Below, one piece after another: positions 49,953 through 61,100 of a stretch of DNA of 64,000 nucleotides. Numbering within the stretch: position 1 is the first letter of the stretch; each line of letters begins with the position of its first letter. Origin of the DNA: Geosiphon pyriformis uo1 (Eukaryota; Fungi; Glomeromycota); contig JAAOMT010000003.1 of assembly GCA_016748015.1 (NCBI GenBank), positions 748,373-812,372 of the forward strand. Direction: 5' to 3'. A program made the translations under genes and the position numbers. The notes beneath the pieces are model-generated. The model ran no database searches and had not been told where the DNA came from. It saw only the letters and a program-made list of their open reading frames with translations.

Positions 49953-51904
49953 TGAGATGGAGGAAAAGCCAACGAACCCAATCCAGAATGTAGATGATCC
50001 AATCTATCCAAGACCGAGCGAACTGAAGTCTTAAGAGCCATCATATTCGACTCCAAACCACCAACCTTGGCAGTCAAAACCTTAGAACTGCTCGGACTGA
50101 AATCAACAACTGACCCACCAACATTGGGAGAAAAAGAGGCAGATGACAACAATGTGCTATCCAAATCCAAACCTGAGTCCATATCTGAAACAACAGCAGT
50201 TGGAGACACCAAAGGAAGAGCTGAGAGAGAAGGTGCCAATGGCACCAAGTCGACAAAACTTAATTTCTTTAAAATGAGTGAGACTTGGTCCGCGAGAATT
50301 TCCACGGAGCGTTCCAGCACAGCTAGGCGACCACCTAGATCAGCGGCACCAGATGAGGAGGAATCTATTGAGAAAGCCTTCAAACCAGAGACCAAACTGA
50401 TACCAGGAGCACCCGAAGAGACAACACGAGAGGGAGAACGGCCTGCCACTTGGGCCCACGTCTTTCCACCAAAAAAAACTGGATGAGCGACAGGGGCCGA
50501 CTTCCTCATATATATCCCAGCTAAACAAACCCGATCTTGCTCAGAAACCACCCTCCTTTCTCGAACACCAGAATACTCACCTAAGGAACAGTTGACCGAA
50601 ACATGACCGAATTGTTTACAACAAGCACAACTGGCCAAAGAAAGACCAGCCCAATGCAAACTCACATTTCTGAAAACTGGAATGGTACCAATAGCAGCCA
50701 ACTTGGATGCCTCATCACCAAAACAAATTACAGCACATCTATCATGAACATATGAACTAGGGTTACGGCCGATATAACAAGTCTTCCCACCATATGATTC
50801 CAACAAACTAGAGAGATCATAAGCATTGGTGCCAACTGGAAGAGTATAGAGCAAAGCCCGATGCTGATCTCTCAATACCCACATTTGTTTATCAATATTC
50901 GCCTTTGCCACGCGGACAGAATCCTTTCCCATGAGCACAGACCATCTAGCTGCGACCAAATCAGCCATCTCAGATGATTCATATTCCACCAGGGCCTTTT
51001 GCCAAAGACCAATAAGCTGCATTTTAATTGAAACAATCTTGCCAAACTTGGAGAACACTGCCTCAATTGCCGATTTGAGAAGATCTACTGGGATTTTCTT
51101 GATGATCACCTCCCGATCCGAATGGCTGTTTACTTTTCTTAGATCATCATTTACCAAAATTTTTTCACTGATCGCCATTTCCCTTGCCTTAATCAAACTC
51201 TTTTCAGATGTAAATGATGACCTAATTATTCCAGAAAATTTTGAGGGAGTCGAAGCCCCCCCAAAACCATCAACTTGATAAAAAATTTTTTTCACACAAA
51301 TCAACTTATCACCAATAGTTTTGCCAAGAACGGCAGATAACTCAATATCCAATGCAAATGATTTCGACAAATTAAAACTCCGTTTCTCCGGAGCACGTGA
51401 TCCGACTGGAGGGAGGCGATTGGACCCACAAAATTTAGGACTCGGAAGAGGCAAAGTGTCTTCACCATCACTTATTACATTGAAAGAGAGAGGTGGCAAC
51501 TTATTGTTCAGAACATAGGTGTGGGTACGCGTCTTCCTTGGCATGGCATTGTTCATGTCATCGTCCAAACCTGAAACATCCGACTCTGCATAGCTAGTTT
51601 CCTCAGCGACAATGTTTTCCAAGTTATCCAAGTCTGAGACGCCACTTACACTGTCCACTTCACTGTTGACCTCACTAGCCCATGATTGACCAATGTTAGG
51701 TCCATCACCACTTTCATCCATAACGTTCGAGACACCAGCAGACAACTCCACCAAATCGTCAACCGCCACAGGTTTCTTCAGCTTCTTATAGGATGCACCG
51801 TGAGATTGAGGACCAACCGAACGCTTATTTTTGACACCAGACCGGGTTCCCAACCCAGCCGAAACGGACCCAGAACCACCAGCAGCAAAGCCCACCGGTT
51901 CCAT
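49949..51904 (-). CDS. LINE ORF1 protein (651 aa; 2 RRM-like domains, CCHC knuckle, C-terminal coiled coil)
   Basis: Open ORF containing VIIKKIPVDL..AVFSKFGKIVSIK (RRM-like), LLYTLPVGT..CAVICF and CACCKQFGHVSVNC. Confidence 0.88.
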   Translation of the reverse strand: MEPVGFAAGGSGSVSAGLGTRSGVKNKRSVGPQSHGASYKKLKKPVAVDDLVELSAGVSNVMDESGDGPNIGQSWASEVNSEVDSVSGVSDLDNLENIVAEETSYAESDVSGLDDDMNNAMPRKTRTHTYVLNNKLPPLSFNVISDGEDTLPLPSPKFCGSNRLPPVGSRAPEKRSFNLSKSFALDIELSAVLGKTIGDKLICVKKIFYQVDGFGGASTPSKFSGIIRSSFTSEKSLIKAREMAISEKILVNDDLRKVNSHSDREVIIKKIPVDLLKSAIEAVFSKFGKIVSIKMQLIGLWQKALVEYESSEMADLVAARWSVLMGKDSVRVAKANIDKQMWVLRDQHRALLYTLPVGTNAYDLSSLLESYGGKTCYIGRNPSSYVHDRCAVICFGDEASKLAAIGTIPVFRNVSLHWAGLSLASCACCKQFGHVSVNCSLGEYSGVRERRVVSEQDRVCLAGIYMRKSAPVAHPVFFGGKTWAQVAGRSPSRVVSSGAPGISLVSGLKAFSIDSSSSGAADLGGRLAVLERSVEILADQVSLILKKLSFVDLVPLAPSLSALPLVSPTAVVSDMDSGLDLDSTLLSSASFSPNVGGSVVDFSPSSSKVLTAKVGGLESNMMALKTSVRSVLDRLDHLHSGLGSLAFPPSQ

Positions 51905-53119
51905 AGCTACAAAAAGGGGAATATCTGAAGAAATAACTGGAGAAAGTTGAAAGGGAAAGGGAAAAGGAAAGCTATTTCAATGACGACTCAATGCTCTCGT
52001 TGTGACTGGGGGATCAACAAAAGAAAAAGTTTTTTTAATAATAAAATTATATGTAATTATAAATATTTTAAAAAATAAAGTTTTTCTTAATTTATTAGTA
52101 AAAAACTTTTAAAAAAACTTAAAATATATTGTAAATTTGTTTTTATTATTTTTAAACAAATAAATTTATAAAATATTTTATAAAATACTTTGTAAATTTT
52201 AATAAAAATTAATAAAATAACAAATTTATAAAACAAAGTTTTATTTTTAACAATTTTTGATTATTAAATTATATTATAAGTAATTTATTTAAGTAAAATA
52301 ACATAATTTTTAATGTTTAATTTACATAATATTAGTTTTTAAAATTGTTTAAATTAGAAAAATTTTTGACTTTTTTATTAAAAATTTTATTTATTGGGTT
52401 TTTTTATAAAAAACAAAAATATTAAAGCTTTTAATTATTAAAATTGCTAATATTAGTTTTTTTAAATAAGTAATAATATTTACTTTTATCTGTAATTTGT
52501 TTATAAAATATAATATTGTTTTTTATTTTTTTAGTAATCCATAATTTTTTATAAAATTAACTTTTTAGAATATACTTTTTTTATTAAACTATTATAATAT
52601 TAAATTATTTATTATAATAATTAAATTATCAAAGTATTATTTGTATTATTTTTGACTATTTTTAAATTAATTATAAATTTTTAAATAAAAAAATAAAATA
52701 AAAAATTAAAGAAATAAAAATTTTAAAAGCATTATACTAATTATATCTAACTTGAATATAAAATCAAAAAATTTTAATAAAAAAATTTGGAATTTTAATT
52801 TATATATATATAAGTTTTAATAATAATTTTATTAAATTAAAAAACTAATAGAATCAAATTTGCTTATTTTAATTAAGTTTTAAATATTAATATAAAAGAA
52901 AATATATTTTTTAAACTAAAATTATATATATATATTTTTTAATTATATAAATTAGTTTTAAAAGCTTATTATTTTTATTATTTTTTTATATTATTTAGTT
53001 TTTGTTAATTATAATTTGTTATTTTATATTATTTTGTATTATTTTATGATATTTAATATTATTGCTAATTATTATTAATTATTTTGTATTATTGTGTACT
53101 ATTTTATATTATTGTATAT

Positions 53120-56100
53120 TATTATTAAAAAACTTCTTTTTTTTTTATATTCAAAATTTCTTAAAGAACACAATTTCTCAAAAAAAAAGTTTTTTATTTT
53201 GTTATTTTTTTTCAATATTTTTTTAATCAATAATCTCTTTATTATAAACTTAAAAACTGTCTTAAATAATAATATGTCTAAGAAAAAGATACTTAAAAAA
53301 GCTTTTTATGGTTCTGCTAATAGTTTTTTATCTTAAAAAAAAAGAGTTATTTTTAGTAATATTAAATATTCTAATAATAAAAAAAATATTTTTTTAGTTA
53401 AAACTAATTTTAGTAATAATATGTATTTGAATATAAATAGTAATTCTAATAATAGTAAAAACAATAATTTAATGACTAGTATTTATAATAGGTCTCTTCT
53501 TAATTTAACTGCTATTATTTTTAAAACCAAAAAAATGGTTTTTAATATAGTTTGTGGCTTTTCTTTTGGTTTTTTTGATTTTAATATAGAAAAAAAAGTT
53601 GGATTTCTTCTGTCTTTTCTTAATATTTTATTAAACAGAAAGTAAATTGATTCCAAAATAATAAAAATCCTAGTAAAAATATTTGTTAAGAAATCTTTTG
53701 TTTTAAATATTAATTTCTTAACAATAAAAAGCAAATTAGCAATAGCAAAAACTTAGCTCATTAGAAAAAAATTTTTATTAATCAATAGATTTGGAAAAGC
53801 TATTACTTTTTTAAAATTTGAAGAAATAATTAGATCTATGTTTATATTGAAAAAAAAACATAAATAAGATCATATTATTGGTTCAAAAAAAAGGTATTAT
53901 TATAAACAACAATATTAAGAAACAAAAAATTGGGTCAAATTAAACTGTGGTAATCAAAAAAATTCTCATGAATATACTTAAAAAAATAATTGTTATTGCA
54001 GTTTTTGTATTTGATCAAATTATATTAATCTATTTACAATCAATTAAGCTGTGACAAAAGACTGTAATTGGAATTTGCCAAATCAAGTCAAACTTATTTA
54101 TTGGTGACAAAATAGTTATTTTTAATTTAAAAAAATTTAGTGTATATAATAAAAACTATAAAAGATTGAAATATTTGAATGTCAAAAGATTAGTTTAGAA
54201 CACTTCTGTTTATTTTGCCTATAAGAACAACTACTCATAATCTTGGTAATTTGTTAGAAAAAACTAGTAAGAAAACTTGTATTATTAACCAATTATTTAA
54301 GACTAGCAATAGAGTTTATTGTACAATAATTGGCTTTAAATCAAAAGAGAAATTAGAGTTAGTCTTTTATATAAAACTTATTTTGGATAATGTTAAGCTC
54401 TTTTAAGCTAGAATAAATCTAGTTTATTATAAAAAATATAAATACATTGAGCATTTTGCTCTATGATGTAATATATTAAATGTTTCTGTACCTCTGTTTT
54501 CAAAGATATTTAAAAAGTTAATTTTAAGTAGAAACTGTCTTTTACTTACAAAATTGTATATTAAAAAGAACATTTTTATTTTTTCCCTACTGTTTTTGAT
54601 AACAAATCATAAGTTTAAGTGATTTTATTGATATTTGTTTTTAATAATATTTTTTCAAGTTTTGGTTTGAAATTATCTCTCTTAGGTACTCTATATTTGA
54701 ATAAAATTTTACTTGCTTTATAGAATAAATTTTTTATTAATGCTTACTTGGTCTCTTTGAAGCAGTTTTTAGAATTTTTTGCTAATTAAGTATTTAGTAT
54801 AGTGCAAAAACTAAGTGGTGTAGATTTAATTTTTTTGGTTTCTGCTTTTTATTCTCTTTTGTCAACTATTATTATGCTTTTGAATTCAAATTTAAATACA
54901 AATATGATTTTGAATATTTTGCAGATGTCTCTTTTTTGTTTAGTTGTAATTATTAAAAGTTCAGAATTAGGATTAAGCAGCTTAAAAGTTTTGACTACTA
55001 AGATGGGTAAATTAAAATCAAAGATGATTGCTCTTGAAGTCTCTATTAATTCAATTTTAAAGAAGTTAAATCAACTATATATTAGTTTGAACTTCTTGAT
55101 AGTTTTTTATCTTAATAATTGATCTTATATAGAAAATTGCTATATGTAATATTAAAAACATAAACAATTTTACAAAACAAAAAAATATTGTTAGGTGGTA
55201 TTACAAATAATTATTTAGAGTATAAATACAAATAACAAACTCATAACTTGGTATTCAATAGTTAATATAATTGGTAATTTCTAAAGATTTTAGAATTTAA
55301 AAATTTTAGTTAAGTCTTTTATATAATAAACAAAGATTTAATTGATGGTTTTTTTCATGAATTTTTTTTTTTAGCATGGTAATCAGTTTAATTTAATAGT
55401 TATGCTCTTTTGGTAAGCTATCCTTAAATTTCTACTTTTATTTCTGGGTCTTTTATCAAGTTATTTTTAATGTTAATTATTTAGTGCTTAATTTTTTTAA
55501 TCAATTAGTAAACAACAAAAAAATAAAAATAAAAAAAATAAAAATAAAAAATAAGAAATTAGTATTTTATTAATAGCCATAATTAAGAACTATTAGTCTA
55601 ATATAGTTAAGTATTGAATTTTATTAATATAAAGTATTAATAGAGTAAAAATAATTAGTATTTTTTAATCAAACAATGATAATATAGATTCAGATAATAA
55701 TTAATATTTTATTAATATAAGCTTTGATTCTATTTTAAGTTGTAGAAAAACTATTTTTGAAGACAGAAGTATTAGATAATTAATTAATTGTTGATATTGA
55801 TTCTGTTTTTTTTGCTTCTAATACTCTTATTATATATACATAATTTTTGTTATATGAGATCTTATATTTTCTTGAATATTGTATTTTATTTTCTCTAACA
55901 ATACTCTTATTACTAAACAATGTATCATAATTTTCTAACAATGTGCTCATTGCTAAACAATGTGTTATAATTTTTGACATTGTGCTTATTTGCTAAGTAT
56001 TATTCTTTTATTGATCTATTTTCTTATTTGTTTTTTTCTACTTTCTTTTTTTGTACTTTTTCTATAAGTAATAGAGACATAGAAAATTTGGCAATTTGAT

Positions 56101-58186
56101 TTTTTTTGTGACTGAAACAAAACTTAAAAGACAACACAAATCATAAATAAAAAACAAGTTTTTTGGTTTAAAGATTTTTATATCTGGTTTGGAGTTTGGT
56201 TATTTAAGTTCAGATATGGCAATAGTAATAATATATTCATTCAGCATATATGTAAAGTGTTTAAAATTTTGAGTTGTTTTCTGTTAATTTATTTTTTGTT
56301 CAGTAGTGCTTTTTTGGTTGTAATCTTAGAAATTTATGTAAATGTTTTAACAAATATGTGCTTTGGCCAAGCTAATAAAATAAATTTACTTATTAATAAG
56401 ACAATTAGTTCTGAATTTTATGTGGTGCTAAGTGGAAATTTCAATAAAAATAATTCAAAAAAAAGTGTTAGTTTTGGAAAATTTTCTGGTTTAGAATTAT
56501 GCAATTTATTATTAAAGATTCTGCAGCCAAACTGCCAATATAAAACAACTTAAGAAAGGTAAAAAAGATTATTGATTATATTTTTGTCAGTAAATACTTT
56601 TTATTAGTAGTTGTTAGTCATAAAATTTCTAATGTATCTAAGTATTTTAACATCAATTATTAGGCTGTATTAGTTTTTTTTAGCATAAATAATTTTTTAA
56701 ATGTTTATTTAAATACTATGCATAAACAAACCAATTATAATCATTGAAAATTTGGAATAAAAAATGCAGATAAATTGAAATAAACATGTTTTAGAAAATA
56801 CTTATTATTAGACTTAAATTTAATTTAATAAGAATTTCAGATTGCAAAAAATCAATATGCTTTAGATAAAATATAAGAATACTTGTAAAAAATTGTAGTA
56901 AATTTAGTAAAAAATTTTTTTTCTAAATGTTAATACAATAAGTTCAATGCTTCAAAAAATAAGCAGTTTTTAAAGTTTTTCAAGCTGAAATTAAGATTGT
57001 TAAGACTTTTGTTTTTGGAAATACTTTTGAATTTGCCTAATTTATAAAAATTTAATTTGTAAAGCATCTAATATTCAGTTATTAATTGAATATGAAATAA
57101 GATCTGAGAAAATTCTTAATTATTTGTCTAGAGCTAGAAAAAAATATCACATGTTAAAGTTTTAAAAATTAGAAGCTGTTAAAGTATTGACTATAAAAAA
57201 AGCTATCAATAAAAAGATAAAAAAATTTTATACAAATAAAAGCTGTATAATTAGGAATGTTTTGAAATAATTATTTCAAAAGATAGTATTAGATCATTTG
57301 GTAATTGACAATAAACTGGTATTAGAGCTAGATAAAGTAAAAAATAGAGTAAACAATATTATAAAGAGTTAAACAAGAAAGCATCTAGTGTTAAAAGTTA
57401 TATTTGATCTTTGGTTTTATTAGTATGCACTTTTGGTTCATGTAAATAATAATATGTTTTCTAATATAATAAAAAAAATTGGCTTCAAAGAGCTGAAAAA
57501 TATGATTGATTATTTTTCTAATAACAAGATAGTTGGGCTTTCTAATATCTTAAACAAATTTTAAAAGCATAATAATAATATTTTAAAGTATTCTTTAACT
57601 TTGTTAAATAATTGTTTGGTTTTAAAATTTGTTTTTGTGTCTTAAAAACAAGCTTAAATTTCTATAATTTTAAAGTTTTATGATTGGAAAAAAGTATTAA
57701 CAAATATGAAACTTACTGCTTTAATTAAGATAACAAAGAAAATTTTTTCAAAGATATTATTAAATCACATCTTTTCTATTTACACCAAGTTTAATGTACT
57801 TTGTAAAGCCAGTTTTTTAGTATTTAAAGACATGTTTATTTATAATTTTATCTTTACAGTAGGTTTTGTTGTCAAGAATACTTTAAAAAAAACAGAAAAA
57901 TATAACTAATATTGTAAAATATACATAAAATTTATAATTTTGTTAGCTGAATTCATCTGTGAAAGAGTTTGGAATAATAAAAATATGCAAAAAACTTATT
58001 AAGTTATTTAGCAATATACATAAAAACAAAGTTAATAGGATAATAACTAATTTTGGACTTTTAAACAAATACAAAATACATAATAGTTTAAACCAAGATA
58101 AAATTTTTTTGCCACTTTTTTGGAAGATATTTTATAATTCTTTTTTATGTGAAGTCAAGTGACATAAGCATTTGTGTAATTATTAT
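53120..58186 (+). mobile_element. Heavily degraded LINE copy F (ORF1 + endonuclease + part of RT), interrupted by a solo LTR and the Gypsy family 2 element
   Basis: MSKKK.. ORF1 start about 53273; SSLKVLTTKMGKLKSKM; endonuclease VTETK and SGNFN; RT NQDKIFLPLFWKIFYNSFLCEVK. Confidence 0.85.
55199..56073 (-). mobile_element. Solo LTR, Gypsy family 2
   Basis: Reverse complement of 58187-59133. Removing it plus 4 bp (GTGG/GAGA, decayed TSD) restores the LINE frame ..IVRW|HRKFGNLIFFVTETK. Confidence 0.85.
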
Positions 58187-61100
58187 TGTTATTCATAAAA
58201 AAAATACAAAAAAAAAAGCTGAAAAAATAAATAGAAAAATAGACTAATAGAAGAATAGTGTTTAACACATGAGCACAATATTAAAAAACTATGACATATT
58301 GCTCAGCAATATGTACAGTGCTAGTGAATTAAAGCACACTGCTTAACAATATAAGCAATATCAGTAAATTAGAACATACTGTTTAGCAATATGAGCAATA
58401 TTAGTAAATTAAGACATATTGTTTAAGAAAATATAAAATCTTATAGAACAAGAAATATGTATATATAGCAAGAGTATTAGAAGCAAAAAAAACAGATTTT
58501 ATCTTAAAATTAATACTTACAATCAATTAATTATCCCATATCTCTTCTTTCAAAAGATAGTTTTCTACAACTTGAAACAGAATTCAATCATATATTAATA
58601 AAATATCTATTATTATCTGAATTCATATTATTGTTATTGATTAAGGAATATTAATTATCTTTACTCTATTAACACTTCATGTTGATAAAATTCAATACTT
58701 GATTACACTAGAACAATAGCTCTTAATTATGGTTATTAACAGAATATTAATTTTTTTTAATTTTCTTTTACTTTATTTTATTTTATTTCTTTGTTTTATT
58801 TTTTTGCTGTTTACTAAATTAATTTAAAAATTAATGTACGGAGTTATTAAAATCAAAAAAGACTGGTAAAAAACCTAGGAATAAGAATAGAAACTTGGAA
58901 ATTGAGAATAACTTATCAGAAGGAACCAACCATTAAGCTGAGAAAGAAATTCATAGAATATACTTTTAAAAAAATACTGAAACAACTATTGAATCTTTGT
59001 TCATTATACAAAGAACTTAACTAAAACCTTTAGATTATCAAAACTTTCAGATATTACCAATGTTATTAAGCTATTAAGTATCAAGTTATAGATTTGTTAT
59101 TTGTTTTTACACTTCAAATAATTACTAGTAATATTTGGTGCTTTTTATAAAGTATAATTTAACAAAAAACCAGCACCAACAACAATCATCTAAAACCATA
59201 GCAGAATCAGAAAAAATAGAGACAAATTACTTGGGATTCATGAAAGCTTTATTTCAATACTATTAAACTTACTTAGAATTAACAAGTAATCATTGGCCAG
59301 CAGAATTTACTTTCAACTTTTACATTAATAAAAAGATTAAATCTCACTTGGGAAACCAAAAAAATTCAGAAGCAACACTTAATAATTTCTATAGTAAATT
59401 ACTTCAAAGTACTATGCTTTTACAAAATTATTTGTTTGTCTTAATAATTACAAAAATCAACAAAAAAATTGAGAAACACACCAAACAGCAATTTTTTATT
59501 ACCTTTACAGATAACAAAAAAAGCAAATTACAAACACCAGCAGAAACACCATAAAGAATATAACTATTTACTTGAAAGAAACCAAAAATCATTTTATCTA
59601 CTCACTCATCATACTATTATACACTAAGAAATATCACAATCAACTATAAAAACACTATTAACCAGAATACTATTTCAAAACAATTAAAAAAAAGCCAAAT
59701 TATTAGAAACCTATAGCAATTTCTTTAAAGAATTTAAATTGCAACCAACTATTCCATCAGAATTTTAATTATTACCACCTCAACCAGATTTCAAAGCCAT
59801 CAGTCTTTGGAAAAGAACCAACTCAAAAAAAGAGAAAAACAGCAATCAGAAAATTCAGAATCAAAACCTGATTCCAAAAAACCCAAAAATACAAATCCTA
59901 ATTGTTTCAATTCAGCAAAACCCAAACAATTCAAACTCCATTCTTATTGTTCTCCAAAACATATCTCTAGTAATCATAATTAATTCACTATTGATTACAT
60001 TTATTGCTGTACTACAACAACCACAACAATAATAATCGCTTATACTAATAACATATGTATTAATTACCAAACTTAAAAAGTTTACCAACAAAAAAAACAA
60101 TGTCTAAACATGGCTTAACAATATGGAAAAAGCCATCACAATTAATGGATGAAATGATGTCAAATTATTTCAAGCCAGCCTGTATTTTCTGCAAAATATT
60201 GCCAACTTATAATATCAGAATTTTGTAAACAAACCACAAGATTTTGCTGTATTCAAAACCACATTTTTGCAATATTTTAGCAATAATAATAGCATTAACC
60301 ACTTGTTAACTAGTTTTATTACAATTAAACAAGGAAACACAGAAGCAATCACTACATATTTGGGACAATTCCATCGAAATTTGCACCAAATCCAGGCAAT
60401 TGAAATTGACTACTTCACAGCACCACAAATCTTGAATTAATTTATTTATGAATTATGTAGTAGTCTCTTGGAATAAGTATATCCAATACACCTAAATACT
60501 TTTTAAGATACAGTTGCTTATATTAGAGATTTTGAATTGGCTAAGCTTAAAGCTAACCATGTTCAAGCTGTGAATCTAGTAATGAACAAATTATCTAAAT
60601 TAAATACCAAATTAGAACAATTCAGTAAGTCAATTAATTAAAAGTTAAAAGAGTACTTAGCTAACAATTAAGCAATTTATTAATCTCTATAATATTATGA
60701 GAATTCAGAAAATTCTAACTACTTTTAACAACAGTTACATTTGTTATTAGCATTAAATTAATCATAACAACAGAAAACACATAATTGCTATTATTATAGT
60801 AAATAAAACTATCTAAAAATAGATTGTTACTTAAATAGAAATAACTAACAATCAGAAAATCAATATCAAAATTCCAATTGCAGGTTTTAAATCCCAAATT
60901 ACAATAATACTGTGTTATTAGGACAATATCTCTTATCTTATACAATTATAATACAACTACCAATATATTCACTGTCAATTTATTAAATTCTAACACCAGT
61001 AACATATTAACTGTAGCCATAAATTATCTATCAATCTCAATTATTTTAAACACTGTCACATAACTTAACTCAAATATTATCTGGAAATTAAAGACCAAAA

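Larger units (their letters stand above)
45131..52042 (-). mobile_element. Full-length, least-mutated LINE copy E
   Basis: Intact ORF1, ORF2 with three premature stops, 3'UTR and poly(A). Candidate TSD AAAATTATAT at 45121-45130 and 52043-52052. Confidence 0.95.

Noticed and set aside
46068-51928. Plus-strand ORFs opposite LINE E (and similar antisense ORFs elsewhere)
   Set aside because: They are shadows of the retroelement ORFs, with no independent motifs.
52053-53119. AT-rich tract, possibly a decayed LTR or LINE
   Set aside because: Too eroded to assign termini, TSD or motifs by eye.
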